Translations under genes and position numbers: made by a program
The notes under the pieces: model-generated
Seen by the model: the letters and a program-made list of their open reading frames with translations, nothing else
Told to the model about the DNA's origin: nothing
The model's database searches: none
Origin: Octopus sinensis
Taxonomy: Eukaryota
Assembly (NCBI RefSeq): GCF_006345805.1
Contig: NC_043010.1
Coordinates: 39,184,001-39,248,000 of the forward strand
Direction: 5' to 3'
DNA length: 64,000 bases
Shown: piece by piece, positions 53,006 to 64,000 of the stretch
Numbering within the stretch: position 1 is the first letter of the stretch
Layout of the letters: each line of letters begins with the position of its first letter

Positions 53006-54476
53006 ACTGTCAACATCGAAACTGTAGTAAAAGTTTCGCTTATTTCTTCGTTATTTCGTTTGAACGAAATACGATCATGCCACGCAGTAACCACAAGCGA
53101 ATTTAATGTCCATATGTTCACATTCTTTGGCCATTAAGGGTGACGATATTTCATCTGCGTTTGTTCTTCGTCTTATAGGTTCCCTAGAAACACTCCAGCG
53201 CGTTTGCTGCGAGTTTAGTTACCGTCAACGCGATAGTGCAACAGGCGGTTCTAGACTACGTGTTACTAGCAGTCCTTACAAAGGGGCTGGCATAGTCTCT
53301 GTATTTGGAATACCAGATACCACAAGCAAAAATAATTTATCAGTTAATGGATTATTCAGTTTAAATATATTTTTATGAAGTTGAATCTAAGAGATTGCTT
53401 TTTGTCTTCTTCAAGAGAAATTTTCTAAAATGGAAATGAGTTATGCATAGTTTAGAATACATCGCTGATATTATACAAACGGAATGTGCACAGACAATTT
53501 TAATGAACGTTTTATAGGAAATACACACAAGATGATATGTGCTTCTTGGAGAAGAGGGGAAAAGGAGAGAGATGGTAATGAAATAAAGTAAATATTGGAG
53601 AAAAAATACAGCAATTTCGATATGAGAATAGTAAACAATATTGAAAAGTCAACATCAGCGCTTTTAGAATCATTTGTGTAAGGGCCATAACGTTTTTAGA
53701 CACGTTAACATTCCTTAATTAAGTAAGGAATGAATTCATATTGCATTCATTGTGAGGACGGATTATTTGATTTAAGTTTATGAATAGCATTAAGTAGATT
53801 AAGCTGAAAAGAAAATGAAACAGTATTGAGTAATTTAAATATGAATGCAGATATGTATTGGAGAATTTTGATTCGTCGAAATATCAAAAATAGATAAATA
53901 TTATTTAAAAACGGAAGGTTACCTAAAAGTGTTAGCTACAGAAATATGTGCAAGGCTGTATAATGGAAGGTTTCTTATGAGAGATAATTTACATTGCAAA
54001 GAGGGTAGGAATGTATATATATTGGACAAAAGATTTAGCTTAATAATGCCAGACAGGAAACTGAATATTATTAAAGAATATAATCGAAGATAGAGATCCA
54101 CGAACAGCATTGTGCATTACTCCATTAATAAATGGGAGTCTAGAATATCCAACCAAGAGCTTACATACAATAATCTTCAAATATTTTATCTCACAGTTTT
54201 AGGAAGCTGCACTCGCTTTACAGCGTTCCACATTAATATGATATCACTCTACAGTGTGAAGCAGAAGAGAGAAACGAAAGATGCGTGGAGATAAATGATA
54301 ATTAAGGTTTAATGTAGTAGGTAAATGTGAAGGCGGTTAATCGCCCATTTAAGTGCATATGTACCATGATTACGAGGTTTGTATCTGAAGCGATGTGTGT
54401 GCAAATACAGAGATAGGGAACATTATATATATATTGATGAATGAATATTTAACTGGGTTGGAGTTCTGGAGATGAA

Positions 54477-54871
54477 TCTATCTCTATATATATAAAGCTC
54501 AAGTTGTCTGTGTATGCCAGGTTTGGTAGCCTTCAACTAACACTAACTCCTCCGAAACCCTGCAGAGCAAGTTGACCAAAAGTGAGAGTATGATAGAAGA
54601 GGGTTTTCTCTTCCTTCCGTAGAAAAACAATTTCAAATCGGACCATGTTAACACCAAAAATTATTTACATAAATAAGGTACTTTTTTCTGTGAAAATCCC
54701 TATCTTTCACGATTTTTTGACTGCTGTATCACCAGTTTTCGGTGTATTTCAACCGGAAAAAGGTTCACTTAAAGAGAATAAGAAGCTACATAATGCAAAA
54801 GTTTTACTTTTCAAAAATTCTAATTGTAAAGGGTCGAAACAAACCCGAGCAACCCCGGGTGATATTGCTAG
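54477..54871 (+). mobile_element. Non-autonomous Helitron
   Basis: A|TC start (tctatctctatatatataaag), subterminal hairpin acccg-agcaaccc-cgggt 11 nt before the CTAG end, followed by T; no TSD. Confidence 0.72.
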
Positions 54872-56258
54872 TTACAAAATAAAATAATATGAATATATTA
54901 TCATGATAACGACCGGGCAATTGTCTGCTTTACCAATATGATATAAAGGTGTATGGACATATGGGTATATGTATATGTTTGTATGTATGTATGTATGTAT
55001 ATATGTATATATATATATATGTGGTGTGTGTGTGTGTGTGTGTCTCGATGTCTGGAGTGAACGTCTTAGAATCTGTTAACGGATTTCATTAAACTAGTGA
55101 TATTCAACAATATCACTTGGCTAGTATTTCCCGCAAAATTAATGATCAAGAGAATTCTAATGTTGGTAGAATTTACAGATAACTCCCTTTACAATATCAA
55201 GTCAGATGTTAAAAATCATAACGATAGAGGCATTAAGATAAATACTAAATAATACAAAAGGATTAAATTCATCAACCCAGTTGTGTCCTCTGCAATGAAT
55301 GTGACAATCAAGAGTTTTATCCAACATGCGAGTAAACCAGAATGGGTGATATTTACTGGTAGCTTGAAACTCACATCACATTCTAGTGTCTCATAAGAAG
55401 CAAAATAAAACTTTCCGCTGAAGACGTAGGACAGAATGGTTACAATTGCAATGATTTTGATCACAATTCCTTCGAGTTAGATCTGATTCTGGGGGGCTAG
55501 CTTCGTCATTACCTAGTTATTTTTCCAAATCAAGAAAAGAATCATAGGTTGATATCCTTTATATAACATAAATGTGTAGTTTACCAGTTTTTCAATGTGT
55601 ACTAACAGAAAATGTGAGCTCTGTTATTACGTTTCAAGTTAGATCGCATACTGCATCATTTACTTGTAACCTACCATTAGGTATGAACGTGTTCAAATTG
55701 CAAGACAGATTGAAATAAAATTTAATACTCCTTTTAATTTGGTATGTAAGTATCTATTTTAAGTGAAGAGCAATTTTATAGGTTAAGACAAATTGTGACG
55801 TTCTTCCTTCTCTGTAGAATAAACATCAATAATTTCGTTACTTAAAATTTTTAAATAGCATGTTATAATACTTTTTTTTTTCATACTTTGGAAACAAATA
55901 CTTGTGTACAAAGTATAATGATCTGTCATTATATATAGAAACCCATAAATGTATTTTAGCACGATTTAAAATTAAATTTACAACGAATGGTCTTATTTGG
56001 AATTCAACAATTAACCCTTTAGAACGCCTTTATTTTTAAGTTCGAGCATGTCATTCAGATCGGAAATATGCGTAAAAAATTCAGCTGTTTCGAACGCAGT
56101 TTTTATCTTTTATTAATATCTTTCAAAAATGGTATCGAGTAATAATTTTCGTTTATTCATATATTTTATTAAAAGAATGAGCGTTTACGAATGAAATTAT
56201 TTTGAAGAGTTGCAGCATGTAGTATGGTAGAAAGGCCAACGGAGCTGAGCATTTAGGC

Positions 56259-56414
56259 CAGGGTCCTCAAGCGTTGTAGACTATCGACACTTTCATGGAA
56301 TTCTTGACCCCTCACCGGCCCCCAGGCATGTACAAGAAAATAAATCTGTAATAATAAGTAGGCGCGCATTTATCGATCCCTTGAATAGTCCCATCGACCA
56401 CTTTGGAGACCCTG
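56259..56414. mobile_element. hAT-type MITE
   Basis: TIRs cagggtcctcaa / ttggagaccctg; imperfect 8-bp flanks atttaggc / acttagat. Confidence 0.55.
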
Positions 56415-56495
56415 ACTTAGATGATCAAATGAGTTAAATTATAAATTTTGCATTGAAAATCGCTAAATATAAGAATCGCAGTTACAAATGGATGT

Positions 56496-57031
56496 TTGGG
56501 TTGTCCGGAAAGTTCGTGCCGATTTATAGTAGCTTACCTTTCGACTTATTTTAGAACATGGTTGAGTCCATAAAACAGGATTTGACTGCACTTCCATTTA
56601 GAGCAATGTTTAAGCTATCTTTTCGTGGAAGGAGGTTTATGTTCCTATAACCTGTGTTAATTTTGTAATCCTTTAAAATGGAAGATAAGAAAGTTCATTT
56701 GCGGCAATTGCTGTTTTGGGAACCAGACAAAAATTGCTGCAGCTCGGCTGGAATGTGTTACTCCACCCTCCATATTTACCAGATATTGCTCCTTCGGGTT
56801 TCCACTTATTCAGGTCTCTGCAGAGTAGTCTTAATGGTAATAATTTCAATTCCTTGGATGACGTAAAAAGATACCTAGATGAATTCTTTGCCCTGAAACC
56901 ACCTCATTTCTGAGAAGATAGTATTTTCAAATTAAAGGATAGATGGAGACGCATTGTGCAACAAAATGGTTCATATTTATCGACCTTTTTCTTTCCTTGA
57001 AAAAGTGGCACGAACTTTCCGGAAAACCCAA
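56496..57031 (+). mobile_element. Non-autonomous mariner deletion derivative
   Basis: TIRs ttgggttgtccggaaagttcgtgcc / ggcacgaactttccggaaaacccaa; MEDKKVHLRQLLFWE fused to RQKLLQLGWNVLLHPPYLPDIAPSGFHLFRSLQ...WRRIVQQNGSY. Confidence 0.93.
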
Positions 57032-57284
57032 TCATTTGATATCTTTTGGGCGGTAAATATATGAAGATAAATCATAGATCTTCCAGATATTTCATTTCTG
57101 AAATATCTTAACAGTGTCGGTGTACGGCAACAAAACTATACTAGAGCTGGATGAATGCCACGGATGAATATGTAGAAAACAATAAATTTGATGAATTTAT
57201 AGCAAACATTAATAAAATAGAGATAAGATTTTGAATATTCTAATATCTTGCAATGAACGTGATTATGTTTGAAAATTTCCAGAT

Positions 57285-57719
57285 GGATCTTTTCGGTTTG
57301 AACGGCAGTTTTTAACATAATTTCTAGGTAACTAAAACATTTTAAACCTCGTATACTGGTAGAATGTGTTTATAAAACATCTTTTTCTCATGCCTTTTTT
57401 TGAGAAAATTCTATAGTTTGTAAGATATTTTTTGTTTTTTTCTTCAATTTCTTCAATTTTAACCAATCAATTTCGTCTATTGAAGTAAAAAACATTCTGT
57501 GCCGTATGAATATGTCCCTTGTTTAAGAAACAGATTGTGTTTATTTACATTTCTGAAGAAAAAGATACCCTTCCCCATCCTCTAACCCTAACTAACCCTA
57601 ATTAACCTTAACCCTAAAACAGATTGAAATGCAATAGATCGATACTAGTTTCATAATTATGGGTGACAATTTCATTTGACACCGCTAGAAAAAAACTGCT
57701 GTTCAAATCGAAAAGATCC
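57285..57719. mobile_element. MITE/HINE-like element with about 29-bp TIRs and internal (TAACCC)-like repeats, flanked by a 63-bp direct repeat
   Basis: ggatcttttcggtttgaacggcagttttt / aaaaactgctgttcaaatcgaaaagatcc; ctaaccctaactaaccctaattaaccttaaccct at about 57582-57615; direct repeats 57222-57284 and 57722-57784. Confidence 0.85.
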
Positions 57720-58269
57720 GGGATAAGATTTTGAATATTCTAATATCTTGTAATGAATGTGATTATGTTTGAAAATTTCCAGATCTCTTCTCACAAAGAA
57801 GTGCCGGAAAATCTTTCGAAAGTTTCGAAAGAATATTTATGTTGAAACTATTTTCTCATGAAACAGTTTTCTGTGAAGTCTAGTATTTTCCCTGTTGAGT
57901 TTTTCGAATAAAATTAATTATCGAAATATATATATATTATTTATTGGAAATCTTACATAGTTTGAACAACTGCGTAAACGCACGTGACTGGATGTCAATA
58001 TCCTTCTTAAATTTCTATTATTAATAATTGGAATTTAGTATTCTATTTGCAGATTCACCTCATACTTAATTTAACGTAATATTTATCAAAACTCTTACAA
58101 TATTTGTATTTTCAGGAAACATTTATCTGTGAAATTAAAGAAAGGTTTACCGATAATTCTTCACACCTTTAAGCTAAAGGCTTCTTTAAATCAAATAATA
58201 TCACTTGTTCTGCTTCTTCATGCTTGGTGAATGATACAAACTTAATTTATAAAGATAAGACAATTTATA

Positions 58270-58470
58270 AAGGTAAGTTGTGTGAATCGCTGGTGTGTCG
58301 AACAAAAAGTTTCAGCGGAATTCCGACTCTATACGTTTTGAGTTCAAATTTCATCGAGGTCTGTTTTGATCCTTCATCACTTCGAGATCAATAAAATAAG
58401 TATAAAATCTTTGGTCGATGTAATTGATTACCCACACTCCAAATTTCCTGGCCTTGTACCAAATTTAAAA
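58270..58470 (+). mobile_element. Decayed SINE B
   Basis: tacgttttgagttcaaatttc.tcgaggtc core and aaatttc.tggccttgtacc tail. Confidence 0.65.
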
Positions 58471-58781
58471 CCATTTCAGTTTATGCAATAATTTTATTCT
58501 TCACATCTCGCTGGTTTCACACTTATTCATAATAAGGAGCCGCGTTCAAAATATTATCTATCGGAGACGAAACACTCTGGAAGACTATAAGATTTTTCCC
58601 GAAATTATTTCTAAAGTCAGCTAAGTAGATTGAAGCAAAATATATATCCCTGTTCACTTTTTTATTTAGCTCGCTCATTGATGAATATTAAGTATTTTAT
58701 ACATACATACATACATACATACATACATACATACATACATACATACATACATACATACATACATACATACATACATACATG

Positions 58782-58815
<34 letters not shown>

Positions 58816-59031
58816 TGTATATATATATATATATATATATCTATATATATATATATATATACCCAGGCCTTTGCTAGTTACCCCATAGCTGGAACTCTTA
58901 CAGGTGCTACCACTCTGGGCCAGAGTAGACCTGGGAACAAAGTGGCTGAAAGGTTGTTCCACACCCCTTGATCCCAGAAGCCAGGGCTCCACGTTTATTT
59001 CAATGTCATCCCTGACTTACGGAACGATTAC

Positions 59032-59222
59032 CTGTGTGTGTGTGTCTTTTTGTTGTGTATGTGTGTGCGTGTGTGTGTGTTATTGTTGTGTATGTGTGTG
59101 TGTGTGTTTCTTTGTTGTGTATGTGTGTGTGTGTTTTTTGTTGTGTATGTGTGTGTGTGTGTTTTTGTTGTGTATGTGTGCGTGTGTGTGCGTGTGTGTT
59201 TGTTGTGTATGTGTGTGCGTGT
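59032..59222. repeat. Minisatellite ttgttgtgtatgtgtg(tg)n, about 7 units
   Basis: Direct reading. Confidence 0.92.
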
Positions 59223-59785
59223 GAAGTATGTAAGTTAGGCATGACTTTATAGGAAATAAGTAACAAGACAATGCGTGGTAACCGCAACAAAAAATTGATG
59301 TCCTGCGAAAGCGGAACGAATACGAAGGTGTTTTAAAAGTCCAAAAAATATCGTTAATATTTTTATTGGGCGACGAAATTCATCGATTTAAGAGATATAG
59401 CTGTTATTTCTAGCACCTGCAGAAGACAGAAGACAGAAGCGATGGATGAATAACACGTGTGCGTGTGTGTGTGTCTTACACGCAGCAACTGAATTTAGCT
59501 CAAATGCTGGGATTTCATTGGTTAAAATTCGAAGAATTAAACTACGTAAAAGTTACAAAATACAATTTTCTCATAAAAACTAATTGAAATTAATGTTTTC
59601 TTTTGACACATTCTACCAGTATACGAGGTTTCAAATTGTTTAGTTAAGTAGAAATTATGTCCATCTTTTAGAAAAGATCCGTCATACCAATGTGGTCTAT
59701 GCCTTGACCCGAGCACTCACTTCTTGAGCTGAGGAATGAAGAGAATGCCTGGTCTGCGGCTCCTAAAACATGGGGAATAGGCCTG

Positions 59786-59867
<82 letters not shown>

Positions 59868-59904
59868 AATGAAAGAATGTAGTTGAACGACGAATTAACA
59901 AAAT

Positions 59905-59925
59905 TCCGTTATTCTCGACATATGT
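59905..59925 (-). ncRNA. 3' half of a hammerhead motif
   Basis: Minus strand ccttc-GAAAC-ATAT-GTC-gag with palindromic stem III ACATATGT; no CUGANGA found upstream. Confidence 0.35.
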
Positions 59926-60032
59926 TTCGAAGGCTGCATATTCCTAATTCGAAGGAATTTTTCTGACGTGAATTTGCTACCCAGGTAAAGGTTAACCGAA
60001 TTATCCATAATAAGATAATTCATTCAACTACT

Positions 60033-60072
<40 letters not shown>

Positions 60073-60289
60073 TGTATGTATGTACGTATGTATGTAATTA
60101 ATCAACGAAAAAATTACTCAGGTATTATGATTTGCATCATTAATGTGGTTTGGTTTGCTTTATCAGTAAATATAGGATCTAATTATTTGCTTGTTGATAA
60201 ACAATCGGTAAAGAATTCAAACGAGGAATTGTATGAGTATTTGCAACGTTAGAGGAATTCTCTGATGCATATTTCCATTACTCAGGAAT

Positions 60290-60334
<45 letters not shown>

Positions 60335-60395
60335 GATAGATAGATAGATAGATAGATGAATCGATAGATAGACAGATTGATAGATACATAGATTG

Positions 60396-60436
<41 letters not shown>

Positions 60437-60895
60437 CAAATATACATATGTGTGTTTCTGTATGTAAATGAATTCCATGTGCGGTGTGTGAGTGAAGGTT
60501 TTTTTTCTAGTGACTGAGAGGTAATATAATGTACGCATGGCAATCACGTGTTCCTTGCGTTTTTCGGCTTACATATCTTCCTATGTGTTTGCTATATCGT
60601 TCCGGACAGTAGCTGAATTCAATATTTCTAATGCATAATCAACCAGATAATAAATGTAATTTTCTATTCGATTCTAAATATTGAACAAGTTATGCTCTGC
60701 ATCACTAATATTTTGGGTTTTCTATTAAGCCGATAATGTATTTTATCCTATTTACACAAGGAAGGTAAAATTCTCGATATATATATATATGTATATATAA
60801 ATATATATACATATGTATATATATAAATGTGTGTGCGTATGTGACTGTGTGTGCGTGTGAGTATGAGTGTGTTTGTGTGTGAGTATGAGTGTGTT

Positions 60896-60935
<40 letters not shown>

Positions 60936-61019
60936 TGTATTAGACGAAATATCAAAAGTGAGGCAGAACGGTACCTGAAGTTATTTTGAATAATTAAATT
61001 AGAGTAAGCTTAATTTGAA

Positions 61020-61096
61020 GTCTTACAGGTGTTTCTGGGATAGGCCAAATGTGTTGGTTAGTATGTCCGTGTACTGGGTTTTCCGTCATCAGAGAC
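61020..61096 (-). ncRNA. Type-I hammerhead motif with long stem II
   Basis: gtct-CTGATGA-(about 50 nt)-GAAAC-acct-GTA-agac. Confidence 0.65.
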
Positions 61097-61418
61097 AAGG
61101 TATGAATATTTTAGACAGGGGAAATTTACAGTTTACAAGGAATAAATTTCACAGTTTGTAAGGAATAAAACAAAAGAATAAAAAGTACAAGCATTTAGAA
61201 GAATATAAGCAGGAGAGACATGTTCAAACTCATCTTTTCCCAGAGAAAATTTTTATCTCGGTCCGTACTTCTATGAAGGTACAGGTTTTTTCTGAATTTA
61301 CCTGGGATTTTAACTAAAATCCTGTATCTTCATAGAAATACCGATTAACATCCGCATCTTCTGGAAATTTATTCCTTGTAAACTGTACATTTTCCTCGTC
61401 TAAAATATTCATACTTTG

Positions 61419-61493
61419 CCTCTGATGACGAAATAACCAGTGCACGGATGAGCTAAGCATCCACTTGGGTTATACCAGAAACATCTGTAAGTC
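61419..61493 (+). ncRNA. Type-I hammerhead motif with long stem II
   Basis: ct-CTGATGA-cgaaataacc...ggatg(agctaag)catcc...ggttatacca-GAAAC-atct-GTA-ag. Confidence 0.6.
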
Positions 61494-61828
61494 TTCAAAT
61501 TCACCTTAGCCTAATTATTCTAAATGATTTGAAATATGCGTTCTGCTTTGGTTTTAATGTTTCCTCTAATATTACATATACATGCTATAACGAAACTCTA
61601 CCACGGTTCCCTAGATCCAGCCTAAGCTGTGATCTCGGAACCTAATGTGCGACCAACTATAGCACTTACCCATGTACCTACACGTTTAGATTGGAAGTGA
61701 GCTTAGACCCTCATGTTCTTTATATATATATATATATAAAGTTAATGCAAACAAGAAAACAAAACAACGCAAGAACGTGGAACAAATTAAGTATTATTGG
61801 ACGCTCAGGAAAGAAGGGAAGAAAGAGG

Positions 61829-61863
61829 GTTTAACGTTTCGAGCGGAGCTCTTCGTCGGAAAC
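61829..61863 (-). ncRNA. Hammerhead motif with CCGACGA core (family E relative)
   Basis: gttt-CCGACGA-a-gagc(tcc)gctc-GAAAC-GTT-aaac. Confidence 0.68.
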
Positions 61864-61944
61864 ATAGGAGAAGGAAAGATCCCGAGAAGGAAGACAGAGG
61901 AAAAAAAATCGCCGGTGGTACTCACGAGGTCACATACTGAAAGG

Positions 61945-62052
<108 letters not shown>

Positions 62053-62227
62053 TAAAAAAAAATAAAGTACTCAGAAATCTGGATGGTCGTACACTTACAG
62101 ATATTATTTAGATCTCACATATTTATTTAGATCGAGCTAATATAAGATTTATAAAAGCATGTGACATGTAAATAAAAATCTGAGTACCTTATTTTTTCAA
62201 ATATGTAATACCTGTAAATCACCTCCA

Positions 62228-62301
<74 letters not shown>

Positions 62302-62306
62302 GCTAT

Positions 62307-62720
62307 CTTCTTTTACTCTTTTACTCTTTTACTTGTTTCAGTCATTTGCCTGCGGCCATGCTGGAGCACCGCCTTTAGTCGAGCAACTCGACCCCGGGAC
62401 TTATTCTTTGTAAGCCTAGTACTTATTCTATCGGTTTCCTTTTGCCGAACTGCTAAGTGACGAGGACATAAACACACCAGCATCGGTTGTCAAGCAATGC
62501 TAGGGGGACAGACGCAGACACAAACATACACGCACACACATATATATATATACATATATACGACGGGCTTCTTTCAGTTTCCGTCTACCAAATCCACTCA
62601 CAAAACTTTGGTCGGCCCGAGGCTATAGTAGAAGACACTTGCCCAAGGTGCCACGCAGTGGGACTGAACGCGGAACCATGTGGTTGGTAGGCAAGCTACG
62701 TACCACACAGCCGCCCCTGT
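62307..62720 (-). mobile_element. SINE family A, full length
   Basis: Complete reverse-complement copy with (ttttactc)3 tail. Confidence 0.94.
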
Positions 62721-63266
62721 ATATAAAATATATAAAATGCATAGCACTATTGTATCAAAAAAATTAGCAACGGCTAAACAGACAAGACGTGCATTATTTT
62801 ATGTAAATATGAAACATGTAATTCGCTGACATGTAAAATAACTTTGACAAGCTAGAATTAATTAAAGAATGCCAACCATCGGCCATGATTATTATATAAC
62901 TGGGTAGATTAATAGTTAAAACATCTGTGTACAGAAATGCATAGATAGTAAATAGCTGCTTTAACTTGAATAAAAAACAATTTCTCATAATAGACAATAT
63001 GTCTGAAACATACAAAGCTGGGTTCAAGAGAGCAAAATGATTATTTATTTAGGTATAATAAATACAGTTCTTAATTCCAAATCCGTATTCTAACGACGCA
63101 GAAGCACCTGCGATGCAATTCGCTGACGTCATTCATGAAGATTGGTGTATTTTAATATTTTGCTATACGAAGTTGTCTTCTGAGAGATTTATCGCAGTGA
63201 AAGTCCCTGAACGTTTTAGTGTAGAAAATCGAATAAAAATTAAATATGCATCCGTAATGAGTATAT

Positions 63267-63322
<56 letters not shown>

Positions 63323-63495
63323 AATATTAGGGAATAAATCCAAATTTACAGGGAAAAAAATCATATTTAGGATTAAATCCAATTTTATAGTAAAATATTA
63401 TAAAATATTATTAGAGACAAAACCACTATTTTGCAAAACAAACAAGGAAAGACTTAATCAATACATAAAATTTTAATAAATAGTCAAAAAAACCG

Positions 63496-63538
63496 CCACT
63501 ACAATCGTTTCTTGTCTTGATCGACAATCTTCAGGTGG
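63496..63538 (-). ncRNA. Type-I hammerhead motif (left arm of the palindrome)
   Basis: Exact reverse complement of the motif at 63612-63654. Confidence 0.78.
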
Positions 63539-63611
63539 ACTTCCAATAAGTCAGTTTCAAATTATGAAGTGAAAATTTCACTTCATAATTTGAAACTGAC
63601 TTATTGGAAGT

Positions 63612-63654
63612 CCACCTGAAGATTGTCGATCAAGACAAGAAACGATTGTAGTGG
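63612..63654 (+). ncRNA. Type-I hammerhead motif, all core nucleotides canonical
   Basis: ccac-CTGAAGA-ttgtc(gatcaa)gacaa-GAAAC-gatt-GTA-gtgg; predicted cleavage after A63650. Confidence 0.78.
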
Positions 63655-63741
63655 CGGTTTTTTTGACTATTTATTAAAATGTTATGTATTGATTAAGTCT
63701 TTCCTTGTTTGTTTTGCAAAATAGTGGTTTTGTCTCTAATA

Positions 63742-63796
<55 letters not shown>

Positions 63797-63834
63797 CCAC
63801 GTGTGTATATACATACATACATACATACATACAT

Positions 63835-64000
63835 ATCCACCAAGACCAATGCCTGACCACTAACAACTATAAAAGCAACGATAAGCGCAGAATATGTAAA
63901 AAGCAAAATGTGATAGTCGACCACATCATTTCCAGCTGTCCAGCCCTTGCCAAATATGAATATATATACAGACATGACAGATTAAGTAGTTATATCCATT
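63835..64000 (+). mobile_element. 5'-truncated R4/Dong-like (restriction-like endonuclease) LINE fragment, running off the window
   Basis: Open frame QDQCLTTNNYKSNDKRRICKKQNVIVDHIISSCPALAKYEYIYRHDRLSSYIH matches the QDQ.L.T.NY...CR.C...ET..HI.S.C..LA..EY..RH zinc-knuckle region. Confidence 0.78.

Larger units (their letters stand above)
60961..61547. mobile_element. Diverged fold-back element carrying two divergent hammerheads
   Basis: Best arms 61013-61150 and 61364-61501; outer similarity to about 60961/61547; inner hairpin 61263-61344. Confidence 0.85.
63399..63751. repeat. 353-bp near-perfect palindrome (176-bp arms, one mismatch, centre 63575)
   Basis: Arms read as exact reverse complements except taaaatttta versus taaaatgtta. 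Confidence 0.97.

Noticed and set aside
53003-53040. GAAAC-tgta-GTA half hammerhead
   Set aside because: No upstream CUGANGA; better explained as a local duplication and small hairpin.
55216-55464. 82-aa minus-strand ORF with a hydrophobic, signal-peptide-like start
   Set aside because: It starts at GTG, hydrophobic ORFs are common in T-rich DNA, and the internal micro-exon candidate is not phase-compatible with the next acceptor.
57580-57620. Interstitial telomere
   Set aside because: Only a few degenerate TAACCC units inside a TIR element.
62057-62197. 19-bp inverted repeat enclosing about 100 bp
   Set aside because: AT-rich, short, with no TSD, ribozyme or second copy in the window.

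Overview
AT-rich, microsatellite-saturated animal non-coding DNA with one 100-N assembly gap (22168-22267). From recall of the repeat families it is most likely an octopus (coleoid cephalopod) intron or intergenic region; I could not verify this. Nearly all supplied ORFs are translations of (TA)n/(CA)n/(TATC)n/(ATT)n repeats, and no host gene can be called with confidence, only a few splice-bounded exon candidates. The window holds four tRNA-headed SINE families (about 40 copies, some with target-site duplications (TSDs), several chimeric). It also holds five decayed Tc1/mariner elements, RTE and R4/Dong-like LINE fragments, Penelope-like (GIY-YIG) relics, a non-autonomous Helitron and several MITEs. 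The most striking signal is about 14 minimal type-I hammerhead-ribozyme motifs (CUGANGA-stem II-GAAAC-short stem III-GUH) of the kind known from Penelope pseudo-LTRs. Four unrelated loci (4.1, 35.1-35.6, 61.0-61.5, 63.4-63.75 kb) share one fold-back design in which a ribozyme is paired with an inverted copy of itself. At 35.1-35.6 kb a tRNA-derived Pol III head lies between the two arms and points at the more complete ribozyme. All calls were made by eye and coordinates of decayed repeats are approximate.
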